From NCBI GenBank assembly GCA_963748825.1, contig CAVVKN010000012.1, positions 32,001 to 96,000 of the forward strand: 64,000 bases of DNA. Direction: 5' to 3'. Below are positions 9,231 to 20,588 of this stretch, in pieces; the first letter of the stretch is position 1; each line of letters begins with the position of its first letter. This stretch comes from Methanotrichaceae archaeon (lineage in GTDB: Archaea; Halobacteriota; Methanosarcinia; Methanotrichales; Methanotrichaceae). The notes under the pieces are model-generated. The model made no database searches. It was not told the DNA's origin and saw only the letters and a list, made by a program, of their open reading frames with translations. Both the position numbers and the translations under genes were made by a program.

Positions 9231-11263
9231 TGCCTTGGCAATAGTGCATGGTCTAATACTTCTTCAATGCTCTTTACAGGAGTTATTTTAATCGCATCAA
9301 GAATATATGACGGAAGGCTTTGAGCATCTTTCAAATTGTCCTCCGGCAGAAGCACTTCTTTAATTCCCGCATCATATGCAGCTCTTACCTTCTCTTGAAT
9401 GCCTCCTACGGGAAGGACCTTGCCCATGATAGTGATCTCGCCAGTCATCGCCAGATCATTTCTTATGGGAATGCCTTTCAATGCGGAGACTATACCTGTT
9501 ACGAGCGTGACTCCAGCAGAAGGCCCTTCTTTGGGAATGCCCATAAACGTTGCCAGCACCGCGACATCAAAACTGCTACGCCACTCCTCAGTTATCCCTA
9601 GCACTTGATGTTTGGCTTTTATATACTGGGCTCCAGCTTCGATGCTCTCCCTCATTACTCGCTGAATGGAACCAAGGGGAACGATACGACCGGTGCCCTT
9701 CGTTGCCTGCATCTCAAAGAGCAGTATGCAACCATGGTCGCCCGCAACTGCCAGACCGATAACTTCACCAACCGAAGGTTCAGGTGGTAGAGCGACCTTC
9801 TGAATTCTATTGGCGTCCGGTAGCTCTGGTGTGACCACTTTGCCCGTAGAAAGGATCTTCGCCCCTAAATTTATGCGCTCGTATTCTCCAGCGGCAATCA
9901 GGTGGAGCTGCTCACGAACCCGTTGACGAAGCTCGCATGCGATAGTGAGAAGCTCTTCCAGTTCTTCATCAGTTATTTTGCCATCCGGATAAATGAGCTT
10001 CATAAGTCCTGATGCCAGCTTCATTATTGCACGCTGATCTCGACCAGAGACTCCTCGACCGGTTCCACCTCTATCCACAAGCTCGAAGCGGGATCTCACA
10101 ATGTTCATGGGATCCGTTCGCCTGAGTTCATGCATGATCTCGCAGAAGTAGTCAGTGATAAAACCATAGTCTTTGGCATAGCTCTCCGGTGTCAACTTGG
10201 GGATCTCCCAGCCTGGCAAATAACCATGAATCCGATCCAGAAAAGCGGTGACCTGAAGAAAGTCCGGGAGTGGCTCGAAGAGATGATAGTACTTCTCATG
10301 GGGAAGATTGCCCTGAACATCCAGATTCCCAACGAACACCAGGCTGCCAAAGGCCAGTATCTCCTTCTTTCCGCGGCTGAACTTGGCGTCCTGCATGTAG
10401 GCCTGCATGATGCTTACGAAGGACTTGGTATCAGTGAAATCCGTATTGGCTATCTCGTCAAAGACTACGCAGTCCCTTGTCCCTACAACCCCGATCTTGC
10501 CGGTGTTGAGGTTGATAAAAAGCTGGGAAGGAGTAGCCTTGCCGCCAGATAGAACATGGGCATAATAAGAAATGTTCCTGTAGAGATAGGTCTTTCCGGT
10601 CTCGCGCGGCCCTAGCTCGATTATGTTTACGTTTGTCTCAACCAGGGGGATGCATCTGCATAGGTAGAGAAGCTTCTGCCTAAGGGTCAACTTATCAGGA
10701 TTCAAACCGCATGAGTTTATCAGGACGTCTACCCACTCATCCGTCGTAAATCTGGAACGCTTATCGATGTACTCCTGCTGATTTATGACGCTAACCTGGA
10801 ACGGAGTGAATTCAACGATCTTGAAGGGACGGATTTTCTTGTTATGGATCTCGGTCTCGTCGTAGGTCAGTTCGAGGGTTCCCCACATGCCACCTGATAA
10901 GAGCATTGGATACTGATTGACAATGCTTTCTGGAATGTTAACGAAGCTCTCGTTTATGGCAGGGATCGAGGCCCAGTACTTATCTTCGGTCTCGACCAGC
11001 CTAGCTTCCATGTTAGCTATTAGAGTATGATGGCGATTCTCTCTTATGAAATGGCGTATCTTTTCCGCCTCTGCGCCATGGACGAAATTCTCCTTCAAAC
11101 GAAGAATAACTTTGCCCATATCCACATAGAAAGTCTCTTCTGAGCAGAAATTGTCGATGAGGTACTCTAGAACATATCGTGGGAATTCATCAACGCCTGT
11201 GTTGAGGGTGTGAGCCTTATTGACTACCTTGCCTTTGAAGACCTCTTTGAGCTTTGTATTCAC
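9224..11263 (-). CDS. brxL: BREX system Lon-like AAA+ protein BrxL
   Basis: N-terminal PRYVLEYLI, Walker [11 protein letters not shown], Walker [23 protein letters not shown]-terminal Lon domain PKEGPSAG...GGIQEK; directly downstream of pglZ. Confidence 0.9.
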   Translation of the reverse strand: MNTKLKEVFKGKVVNKAHTLNTGVDEFPRYVLEYLIDNFCSEETFYVDMGKVILRLKENFVHGAEAEKIRHFIRENRHHTLIANMEARLVETEDKYWASIPAINESFVNIPESIVNQYPMLLSGGMWGTLELTYDETEIHNKKIRPFKIVEFTPFQVSVINQQEYIDKRSRFTTDEWVDVLINSCGLNPDKLTLRQKLLYLCRCIPLVETNVNIIELGPRETGKTYLYRNISYYAHVLSGGKATPSQLFINLNTGKIGVVGTRDCVVFDEIANTDFTDTKSFVSIMQAYMQDAKFSRGKKEILAFGSLVFVGNLDVQGNLPHEKYYHLFEPLPDFLQVTAFLDRIHGYLPGWEIPKLTPESYAKDYGFITDYFCEIMHELRRTDPMNIVRSRFELVDRGGTGRGVSGRDQRAIMKLASGLMKLIYPDGKITDEELEELLTIACELRQRVREQLHLIAAGEYERINLGAKILSTGKVVTPELPDANRIQKVALPPEPSVGEVIGLAVAGDHGCILLFEMQATKGTGRIVPLGSIQRVMRESIEAGAQYIKAKHQVLGITEEWRSSFDVAVLATFMGIPKEGPSAGVTLVTGIVSALKGIPIRNDLAMTGEITIMGKVLPVGGIQEKVRAAYDAGIKEVLLPEDNLKDAQSLPSYILDAIKITPVKSIEEVLDHALLPRQC

Positions 11264-11313
11264 AGCACTCCCTCTCCTACCCGCGATTTATCGCATAGCT
11301 TTTTCATGCTTAG

Positions 11314-14208
11314 TTACCTCATGCCTCTTGGAGTCAGTCCCAGGATGCTGCCCAAATTGCCCATGCGCCTAATGATCTTCTCGGAGTTGATCCTGACCCT
11401 GAACTCATGGGACATTGACCTACGTGCCGCTCTGCGGCCTTCTTTGTAGCTTACAGTTACAGTTATAATGACTTTTATATCCTCTTTGAGTCGTTCTGAG
11501 GGAGGCAATTTAGTCATGTCTGGGACAAATCGATAAAAGACCTCTTTCTCAGACAAGGCAGACAAATAAGCCACTTTTAGGGGTAATGCCATTTCATCTT
11601 GGCCACAGTTGTAGCTGGCCTCAATGTCAACACGCAGGTCCTGAGCAGATTCGCGATCATCAGGACTGCTCAGAATTATGCCTAATTCAACCTCTTCACC
11701 CTCGACGGCCTCTTTGGATCCACGCAGTTCAATTTTCATCTCACTGGCATCGGGCTGCTTGACCTGCAGGACGCACATGGGAATCATCATCTCCTGAATG
11801 GAGATTCCCCCATGGGTGAAGGCATCAGGCTTATGGCCTCCCTTTCTGCTAAAATAATATCTGATTTTAGGAAACACGATCGAATGATATGTTTTGTTTA
11901 TCTTAGTGTTCGTTCGTCTGTCTGAAATTATAACCTCTTTGCTAGGCATTCGAAGCTGAGATGGGGTGAAACTTATCATGTTCTCCTTGATCCGGTCAGG
12001 AATCCTTGAGAAGAGAAGAGATTGCTTTAGCCGGCAGTTCAAATAGGAGCAGTCGTACTCGTCATTCAAATCCTCTTCATTGAACCATATCGGCTCACGG
12101 CCCACCTGAACGAAGCCGTGATCTGCGGTTATGAACACTTTTGTCCCGGGCGAAAGGCCGCGGACAATCTCCATAACTTCGTTCTTCAATATGTCTTTGA
12201 TGAGCTGGGTATAAATGAAAGCTATCGGCCTTGATGGGATGAGTCTGCCATCGGAGAGCTCTTTCATCTTGATCTTGTGCAGCTCCTTATCACAGAGTTC
12301 GAATATGTAAACATCGAGGTTCCCGGCTCGATAGTGCACGGTTTCGCCAGTGCCGGCTCCATCGGGATTTACCACATCAACTTGGCCAGCATAGCGAAAC
12401 TCGCGTGCCAGCGCCTCTTTTAGAAGATCATCTTCGCCACGACGAGAATCAAACTCATCCGGATTGGCTCCAGCACTGATAGCTTTTCTTGTGATATGGG
12501 TTTCGGAGGGCAGAAGCGAGGATGCTGGATAGTCCTTGATCAGATCCATGCGTCCCATCAGCATGGGACGAAAGAGCTCATCCCAGATATCGTATCGCAT
12601 GCCATCGAAGATAAACAGGACTGCCTTCTCTTTCTCAGGGTCCCAATGAGGTTTGATACATCTTCTCAGGATCTGGCTGGTCAGGATTACATCGCCATCC
12701 TTTTCGATCCATGAAGGATACTGTTTCTTGACCATCTCCTGGAAGCGAAGGTTGATTTCGTCAAGCAGGTCATTTGTCTTCTCCGTGACCTCTTGTATCC
12801 GCTGCTTTATGTGATCCAGAGATTCCAGGAATACCTTTGGCAGCCTATCGCTGGAACAGGGCAAGAGCCTCTGGCCTTCTGATAGCCTTGCCAAGCGGGA
12901 GAGATTGTATTCAAGTCGATTGATCTCCTTTTTGTTCCAGAGATCGCGGAAAAACTCGAAAGAGAAATCATCCTTGGTAACCCGCATCTTACGGAGAGCT
13001 TCGAAGAGAGAGCTTCTAAGCCGGCGGATCTCATAGGCCAGAAGGTATGCCGTTTTGAGATTTGACCAGGAGCTCGATTCCCGAAGATCTACAAACCTGG
13101 CACCTTTATGACCACCAGAGATTACTTCATTGATCTTTCTATGCTCGGTCGGGCTCGCTTCACTTGTGAGAAGATCCTCAAGAGCCGCAAGAAGTGCCAG
13201 AGATCTGAGAAAAGTTGAATATTCTTCCTTCTCAATCACAGAGGCAAAATTCTTAGCATCCATTATCTTCATCTGGTCGATGAGCAGGAGCTTCAGGGAC
13301 TCCTGGGAGAGAGAGTCCTCCAAGTCGCTCAAGTCGGAGTCGGCCTGGAGGAAATCCAGCTCAACCAGCTTTGGAGCTGCCTCTTTCAGGACTTCGGCTT
13401 TTATATTGGATAGTGGTTTCAACGATGGGTCGATGTTGGCGAGCATTAGCTGCCAGTTGTCGAAGTGCTGGGCCAGAATGGCAGACAGATAAAAAGCTCT
13501 GATGACCCTCTCAGGATCATGATCGCCAAACCAGCAGAAGGGAGGCTCTGCTTGCGAGAACTGGTCCTTGATGGGCTTGATAATATCCGCAGCCAAATAT
13601 TCGAGCATCCTCAGCTCTTCATGCTTCAAAAGTCCTATCGTCCAGAGGTCCCTTGAATCGAGCTTTTTAAAAGCTTTTTCGGGCACGCCGAGGGTTGCGA
13701 AGGCGACAATGGTCTTGAAGTCATGATCTGTGAAACGTCTTTCGTCTGCAGTTCGAAGGTTGGAATGAGCACGAAGCGTTCCTTCGATGTTCTTTACGAT
13801 CAACCTCGCATAGCGGGATTCATTGGCTTCTGCAGGCCAGTTGGAGTCCCCAGTTTTCTCTTTCAGGAACTCGCGAAGATCCAGTCGTATCCTGGCCTCC
13901 TGGGGTGTTTTGGCCAGGAAATCCGGATAGAATAGAGGAGGTGCCTTGTTTATCGCTGACCTGGCCCTCCGAGACTCTGGAGTTCGATCAATGAGAAGTA
14001 TCTTCGGCGTTTGCGGATCCGAACTGGCCGCCTCATAAAGCTCGCGGAAGACCAGGTTAGTAGAGGCTGGTATTGCGGTGAAGCCATTACTTGTGGCAAA
14101 CTCATTGATGATGCTGTCAGGCTTGAGGAGCTGCAAGGGGTCGCTTACAAGAACCCGAGGGCTATCCTTTACATCTTCAAGCTTTGATAAGACCCAGTCT
14201 TTCAGCAT
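11314..14208 (-). CDS. pglZ: PglZ-domain (alkaline-phosphatase fold) BREX protein
   Basis: LFIFDGMRYD, LLPSET, ITADHGF, FTHGGISIQEMMIP motifs; adjacent to brxL. Confidence 0.85.
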   Translation of the reverse strand: MLKDWVLSKLEDVKDSPRVLVSDPLQLLKPDSIINEFATSNGFTAIPASTNLVFRELYEAASSDPQTPKILLIDRTPESRRARSAINKAPPLFYPDFLAKTPQEARIRLDLREFLKEKTGDSNWPAEANESRYARLIVKNIEGTLRAHSNLRTADERRFTDHDFKTIVAFATLGVPEKAFKKLDSRDLWTIGLLKHEELRMLEYLAADIIKPIKDQFSQAEPPFCWFGDHDPERVIRAFYLSAILAQHFDNWQLMLANIDPSLKPLSNIKAEVLKEAAPKLVELDFLQADSDLSDLEDSLSQESLKLLLIDQMKIMDAKNFASVIEKEEYSTFLRSLALLAALEDLLTSEASPTEHRKINEVISGGHKGARFVDLRESSSWSNLKTAYLLAYEIRRLRSSLFEALRKMRVTKDDFSFEFFRDLWNKKEINRLEYNLSRLARLSEGQRLLPCSSDRLPKVFLESLDHIKQRIQEVTEKTNDLLDEINLRFQEMVKKQYPSWIEKDGDVILTSQILRRCIKPHWDPEKEKAVLFIFDGMRYDIWDELFRPMLMGRMDLIKDYPASSLLPSETHITRKAISAGANPDEFDSRRGEDDLLKEALAREFRYAGQVDVVNPDGAGTGETVHYRAGNLDVYIFELCDKELHKIKMKELSDGRLIPSRPIAFIYTQLIKDILKNEVMEIVRGLSPGTKVFITADHGFVQVGREPIWFNEEDLNDEYDCSYLNCRLKQSLLFSRIPDRIKENMISFTPSQLRMPSKEVIISDRRTNTKINKTYHSIVFPKIRYYFSRKGGHKPDAFTHGGISIQEMMIPMCVLQVKQPDASEMKIELRGSKEAVEGEEVELGIILSSPDDRESAQDLRVDIEASYNCGQDEMALPLKVAYLSALSEKEVFYRFVPDMTKLPPSERLKEDIKVIITVTVSYKEGRRAARRSMSHEFRVRINSEKIIRRMGNLGSILGLTPRGMR

Positions 14209-14217
14209 GTTGCCACC

Positions 14218-17200
14218 TCATTCCAACTGTAGCATCTGCCTTGAATCAGGATCACCGTCTTCAAACTGCTCCTCCAGGAACTTCTTGAAGGCAGAGACCA
14301 GGCCGTCGATCTGATTTCGCTCGATAGTCCTGGTGATCGGCTTGAAGTCCGAGATGCGTACCGATTTGACTAAAACTCTCAACAGATACTTGTTTATCTT
14401 GTCTACTAAGGTTGGATCTCGGAGGCTGCTTTCTGTCAGGTAAGACCTAACTTCGCTCGGGCTCTGGCATTTTAGCAGGGCTGCGATCTCAGGTTCGTTC
14501 TCTCCCTGCTTCAGCCTCTCTTTAATTCCTGGGCTTAAGAAGAACTCCATTTTCTTATTGATAGTATCATCGAAGATCCTCTGAGCCTCTTCAGACTTCT
14601 GAGAAGCGAAGTCAAGATGCTTGGATGCGCCGCCAAAGGAGAGGCCGCAACCATGTTCCGGCTTGACCCTCAGATCTTTATCAATCGAGGACCGGGATTG
14701 TTCGGGACAGGAGAAGATTTCCTCAGATAGTTTCTGGAGCCTTGCTTTGATTTCCACGGAATCGTTCTGTTGAATTGCTTTGATCTTTTCCAGGACACCA
14801 AGGGCTTTCATCTCATTGCTCTGAAGTATCTCCCGGATCATGCGGCGGTTTTCGTCGATCCTCACCAGGACGTTGTCGTGCATGGTGGCATACTTGACTG
14901 TGTACTCGTGGATGAAGGACCAGAGCGTGCCGGACTCGCCGGCCTGCGGGGGATTCTTGCCTATCAGTTCTGAGCTGAGTTTCACTTCCGAATCGATATA
15001 GGGCTGCAAGTTCTTCAACTTCAGAGAGAGGGCCTTTTGCATCTCTTTGAGCGATGAGAGTTCCTGCTGGTCCGGGAGGACGTAGCTGCAGTAGATCTGG
15101 GCGGTCTCCAGCTCCCTCTCGAATTCGAGGAATCTCTTTATTTTGCGGTAGTTGTCCAGCCGATTAGCCAGATCATCGATCTCTCTTTGGTCTGGGCTCG
15201 TCTGCTGGAAGACTCTGTATCCAAAGGCTTGGTCTAAAGCATAGAGCACAGCCTCGATGTCCTTGCCGCCGCGAAGATCGTTGGCAAAGAAGGCCGCAGC
15301 CTGCTCTACCTCTTTCTCGTAGGGATTATTCGTGGCTAGCAGAGAGAAAAGCTCTTTAGCTTTTGCCAGGACTTCTAAAGATTGATCTCTCTCTTTTTCG
15401 AAGGTCTCAATAAGCTCCTTGCGGTACCCAGAGATGATGGCATCATCGTTGGTATTCTTCAGTTCATGCCCGAGTAGCTTCTCGGCGTAAGGGCGCAGGA
15501 CTTCCCAATTCTCTGGGTGGAGCCAGCCGCTGCACTTCAAGCATGGAGTCGAGCACTCTAGCTGTGAAGTCGATGTCAGATATGTTCGAGTAATCGACAT
15601 AGTTGGAAGGAAGCCCGGACTTTGGCCCCAGAGCTATTCTGATCTTGCCCTGCTGGACCAGGCAGAGGAGATAGATCTGGACCATGCGGCGGGAGAGGCC
15701 GTAGTTCTTGCCATTGGGCCCGCCTACGCCCATGAAGTTCTTCATCAGGGTGTCAATTTTGATGGCCTGGCCGCCTTCGCCGCTCTTTGATTCGATGAAG
15801 GACAGGATATCGGAAACGTGGCTGTTTGCAGATGTATCCAAAACTCTTTCGGCGCCTCTCCGGACGATCTTCAAGCCTGGGCCGAAGTTCAGGGCTGCGC
15901 TGATGTTTTTATCCTGCTTGGCACCCTTGGGGATCTGGCCGGTCTTGACGATGCCGTTTATGACGTTTACTCCGTACTCTTTGGTGAAGACCAGATTTCC
16001 CTCAAATTCAATATCCCTGGAGTCGTAAGCAGCCCTTAGGACACGATCGACGATGGGTGGGAGAATGCCTGGCAGCTCTCCAGCCACGTGAAAGTCCATC
16101 CTGGAGTTGTTGAGGGCGTCCATCCGGCCTCGGTCATAGCTGCTGTCCACGATCTTTTTTATTCGAGCCATTTCCCTTTGGAGCTGCTCAGCTACCCAGT
16201 TTATAATGGCGATGGCGTCTTCGCTGTCCTTTCCCTGGCTGTCGGCAACCAGCTTCCTGTAGGCGGCAAAGTCCAGGAGCCGATCTCTCTCCTCTGCGGT
16301 CAGCTCCTCCGGTGTCCATACGATCATCCTCGGATCGTTTCTCTGCAAGAGTATCTTGTTGAGGGTGCTCTGGTCTAAAGGCTTAGTTCCCACAAAGACG
16401 GCAAAGTCCAGGTCGGAATCCGGGCTGGCGATGGCTGGTAGAATCAGGCTGTCGGATACTACCCTTCCCAGATCCAGCATCTCAATTCTTCCTGCGATCT
16501 GGCGATTCTGCCAGTTTACAGACAGGTTCTGGGGCCCGGCCTTTGCCGTGGACCTTTCCTCCCAGGGGCCCACGAAGGCAGCAATATCTCGGAAGATAGA
16601 TCTAACGCCGTTTTCCAGATAAATGGTCATCTGGCGGGTGCGCACCGGCCACTCGTCGAGGGCCAGGAGGTGGTTCCATGCCTCCTGCTGCATGAGAAGG
16701 TTGGACTCGGACTCCGCTCTGGCTTTTTCAAATTCGCGTTTGGGGTTCTTGCTGGTTATTATGATGGGTCGAAGCGGAACCTGGGGCGGTTATCCTCATC
16801 GTAATTTGCGACTATCTGCGGCAGCTCTTTGCCAAGACTGTCGGCAATGGTCTCATAGTGCTGGATGTTCTCATCCACGGTGGCATCCGGGCTTCTTTCC
16901 GTAAGGACGGAGTTGGCTATCTCCTCAGGGGTCAAGCCTTGCTGACGGGTCTTAGAAACGTAATAGAGAAAGAGGGTTTGCAATGTCTTGATGGATCGGT
17001 CCCGATACACCTTCAAGGTTCCCTTTGTGATGCTATCAATCTGCTTCTTGCAGATTTCGTAGATCCTGTACTCGGTATCTTTGCTTGCCCGCAGAGCTTT
17101 GATTCCGGCGTATGTGCCGCTGGGGTCTTCTTCATAGGTCAGGGCTTCATCGAAGAAGTCCCAGAGGCGGATCAATTCAGTGCCTTGAATCTTCATCTGA

Positions 17201-18571
17201 TATTTCAGGGTCTGATGCATGAAGTGAATGGCAGATCTGGTGGTGGTCAGCTCGTAGGTGATGGCTCTGAAGGACTTCGATGGCTGGTTTATGGAAGGGG
17301 AAGAAGCGCCAAACTCGTCTTCACTTATGGCGTTGGACCAGGTGAAGCCGCGTTTATAGTAGGAGTAGTAGCTGGTTATAGCATCAGGCTTGATATATAT
17401 CTCGAACGCGGGAGAGGACGATATCATAATAGTCCTTCTCATCCTTGAGCAGGGGAATGAGCTTCAGCCGGTCATCGGCTATGATGTTCTTGGCACCCAT
17501 CTTGGATTCTATGGCCTGCTGGGCAGCGCAGACGGTCCAGATGGGAAGATTGTGAACTCTGGTCAGGACGGTTGGACAGGACCAGGAGGGTCTTCTCGTC
17601 TTCGGTCCTCTGAGTTCTCGTCTCGATCCTTCATGAAAAGAGAGACCTCGTCCAGCAACAGAAGAATGCCGCTGTAGCCCTCGGCCATGATGGCCTTAGC
17701 CATGTGCACCAGGATCTCCTCCAGATCAGCTTCGATGCGCGGTCTGACCTTCAGGTATTCGTCATAAAATCTCCAGAGTTTGTTGCCGCAAGATTCCTTG
17801 TATGCGGGAGATTTATCGTCCTGAATCTCGCGGATGAATTCGTCTACATCCTCAAACTCGTCTTCTTCAAAGAAGCGTGGATCTCGGAGAAACTTCTTGA
17901 GATCATTTCTGTATCGATCTAAATCGTCACTGATGAATCGATCTGCCAGCAGTTCCACCGGATAAAGGGAAATATTTTTTCCCAGACTCCCGCAAAAGTT
18001 GCTCCTTTGCCTCATCCAGGATGTAATCCAACAGGCGTCTCCCGGAGCCTACACCGTCTGCGCTTCTGCCACCTGATCCTACCAGTGTTTTCACGACGAC
18101 GAAGATGCCCTTATTGGGAGCAGAGCTCTTGGCCTCAAGGCCTTCTTCCCAGAACTGGTAGAGCGATTCTCGCTTTCCCCGACCGGCTTTTTGCTCTTTT
18201 TCTCGGACCAGTTCCCAGGAATCCTTCGAGCCCAGAGCAAGCGAGGCCAGGAAACAGAGGAGATGGGACTTTCCGGAGCCGAACTCGGCCTGGATCCAGT
18301 AGCCCTGGCCGATAGGATCGCCCACCCGGTCCGGCCGGTAGGGGGCGGCCATCTTGCGGAAGATGTCGTTTAAGAAGTGACGGACGGGATCGATCTGAAA
18401 CTCCTGGATGGTTTTAAGCTCCGGTTTTCTCAGGCGGAAGGCATCAGGGTCGAGGTGGCCTCCAGCCCAGACGTGCTGCTCCAGAGTGTAAACGGAGATA
18501 ATTTTATCAGGAATCTTGCAGATCTTGTCCAGGCTTTCGCGGAAGGTCAGAATGTCCGATTTTGCCGCCAT
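14218..18571 (-). pseudogene. Large BrxC/PglY-like P-loop ATPase (~1450 codons) split by several frameshifts
   Basis: Fragments 17927-18571 (Walker A AEFGSGKSH), 17563-18015 (Walker B LLLLDEV), 16759-17442, 15464-16693 and 14218-15600 join by single-nt shifts, e.g. the A-run near 17975-17980 and C-runs near 16765 and 15515. Confidence 0.7.
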
Positions 18572-18681
18572 TTCAATCCCTTCCGTGACTGCTTTCTACG
18601 AACTTTGCCCCAGGTTTTGTTCCTCGCATTCCAACATCTCAATTAGTCCACATTCAATCTCTCTCAAAACTCTATCGATCA

Positions 18682-18770
18682 GACTCCTGACTCATGAGTC
18701 ATGACTCATGACTCATGGTCACTGACTCCGATCAGACTCAAGACTTATTACTAATGACTTATTACTAAGA
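18682..18770. repeat. 7-bp-period GACTCAT-type repeat block containing the perfect palindrome TGACTCATGAGTCA (18688-18701) and two copies of GACTTATTACTAA
   Basis: Read directly between the divergent ATPase genes. Confidence 0.75.
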
Positions 18771-18857
18771 ATTCAGGACCGGGGATTATGGATTTGACCT
18801 TTCGAGCAGGAGCTGTGGGATCGCGATGTATTGGGATTCGATTAGGGTGATTGATTT

Positions 18858-19943
18858 ATGTACAGGTCCATAGAGGTTGACAACTTTCGGGGTTTCCGCA
18901 GACTTGTTATGGACAACCTGAGCAGGATCAATCTAGTTGCAGGCGTGAATAACGTCGGCAAGACGGCTCTACTTGAGGCTATTTTCATACATTCCGGGGC
19001 ATACAATCCCTCTATTACTATGAGCCTGGACAATTTTCGCGGTATCGACAGACTTCATATCGAAATAGGAAGCTTTGAAAAGACACCCTGGGATTCGCTA
19101 TTTTATAATTTTGATAGATCGAAAGAAGTAGAGATTAGCGGTGAATTCGAAGAGGGCGGCAGCAGGAAGATTCATTTGCGGGTGATAAGCCCGGCGGATG
19201 AGCCTTCAGAAAGCCTTCCGGTCATTCATTACGACACCATGAAGCTGCAAAAGATGGACTTATCTCCAGACAATACCCTCCTCTTGAAATTGGATTATGA
19301 GGAGTCTCCTGGAGAGAAGACGGGAAGCGCATTCTTAATTATCGATCAGCAGGGCGTAAGATCCTCCCTGGCAAGACGTTCACCTTTCCCGGTTTACTTT
19401 CTGCCGGCTCGCTTTCGCATTCCTCTGGCGGAGGAAGCAGAAAAGTATGGAAAGCTGGAGATATCCGGCAAGCAGGATGTGCTTTTGGAGGCTCTTCGCA
19501 TCATCGAGCCGAAGCTGCAGCGCGTCACCGTGGTGGCCATGGGCGGCGTTCCCATCCTGTATGGAGACATTGGCCTGGAACAGATGCTTCCTCTCTCCTA
19601 CATGGGCGACGGGATGTCAAGGCTGGCGAGCCTAATTTTGGCCATCGGAAATGCCAAGAACGGCGTAGTCCTCGTTGACGAAATTGAGAATGGTTTTCAT
19701 CATAAGGTAATGGCAAAAGTGTGGAGTGCCATAGCAAAAGCCGCCCGGAGATTCAATTGTCAGGTATTCGCCACAACCCACAGTTTGGAGTGCATCGCTT
19801 CGGCTCACAAAGCCTTCTCAGAAGAGGATCGTTACGATCTTTTAGTTCACCGACTGGATCAAACGGATGATAAGGTTTCAGCGACTGCCTTCGGACAGGA
19901 TGAGCTGGACGTAGCTTTTGAGATGAAGATGGATATCAGATGA
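18858..19943 (+). CDS. ABC-type ATPase (AAA_15/AAA_21 family, AriA-like)
   Basis: NFRGF, Walker A GVNNVGKT, signature MGDG, Walker B VLVDEIENGFH, H-loop ATTHS. Confidence 0.85.
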   Translation: MYRSIEVDNFRGFRRLVMDNLSRINLVAGVNNVGKTALLEAIFIHSGAYNPSITMSLDNFRGIDRLHIEIGSFEKTPWDSLFYNFDRSKEVEISGEFEEGGSRKIHLRVISPADEPSESLPVIHYDTMKLQKMDLSPDNTLLLKLDYEESPGEKTGSAFLIIDQQGVRSSLARRSPFPVYFLPARFRIPLAEEAEKYGKLEISGKQDVLLEALRIIEPKLQRVTVVAMGGVPILYGDIGLEQMLPLSYMGDGMSRLASLILAIGNAKNGVVLVDEIENGFHHKVMAKVWSAIAKAARRFNCQVFATTHSLECIASAHKAFSEEDRYDLLVHRLDQTDDKVSATAFGQDELDVAFEMKMDIR

Positions 19944-20569
19944 CTCTGAAGACTTTGGACGCCCCGGGCAGCATCGAAGAGAGGCATCTCTTGATTGTGG
20001 AGGGAATCGATGATGCACTTTTCTGCGAGGCCTTTATTCGACGCCTGAATCTCTCTGCAATAGAGATATGGCCAATTGGCGGCAAGACAAATCTAAAGCG
20101 GAATCTGGGATTGCTCAAGAAACTTTCCGGATTTGCCGGGGTGATCGCTCTTGGGATCATTCGAGATGCCGATGACAATCCCTGGGGTGCTTTTGAGAGC
20201 GTTTGTCAGGCCTTGAGGGAGAGCAATCTTCCCGTGCCTGGCGGCCCTGGGCTTCGGTCGGATGGAGTTCCAGTGGTAAGGGTTATGATTCTGCCGGATG
20301 CAGAGAGTCCCGGCAATCTCGAATCGCTTTGCCTGAGGTCGATCTCTGAGGATCCCGTTCTGAGTTGTGTAAGCCGGTATTTTGAATGTCTTGACGATCT
20401 GGGGATCTCAACCGGAGAGATAGACAAAGCGAGAGTGCAAGTCTATCTTGCCTCAATGGAGAAGCCGGACAGGAGACTGGGCGAGTCGGCACTGGCAGAT
20501 TGCTGGCCGCTCGACAATCGGGCTTTCGACAGCATGTTGCAGTTTCTCCTCAGCGTCGGCAACATTTGA
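19940..20569 (+). CDS. TOPRIM-like protein (DUF3226/DUF4435-like) coupled to the ATPase
   Basis: LLIVEGIDD, GIIRDAD and GNLESL motifs; ATGA overlap with the upstream ATPase. Confidence 0.7.
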   Translation: MTLKTLDAPGSIEERHLLIVEGIDDALFCEAFIRRLNLSAIEIWPIGGKTNLKRNLGLLKKLSGFAGVIALGIIRDADDNPWGAFESVCQALRESNLPVPGGPGLRSDGVPVVRVMILPDAESPGNLESLCLRSISEDPVLSCVSRYFECLDDLGISTGEIDKARVQVYLASMEKPDRRLGESALADCWPLDNRAFDSMLQFLLSVGNI

Positions 20570-20588
20570 CGCCAGGCAGGAGAGCCTC

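Noticed and set aside
18595-18685. Minus-strand open stretch SLIDRVLREIECGLIEMLECEEQNLGQSS upstream of the BrxC-like gene
   Set aside because: No in-frame start and too short to assign; at most a gene remnant
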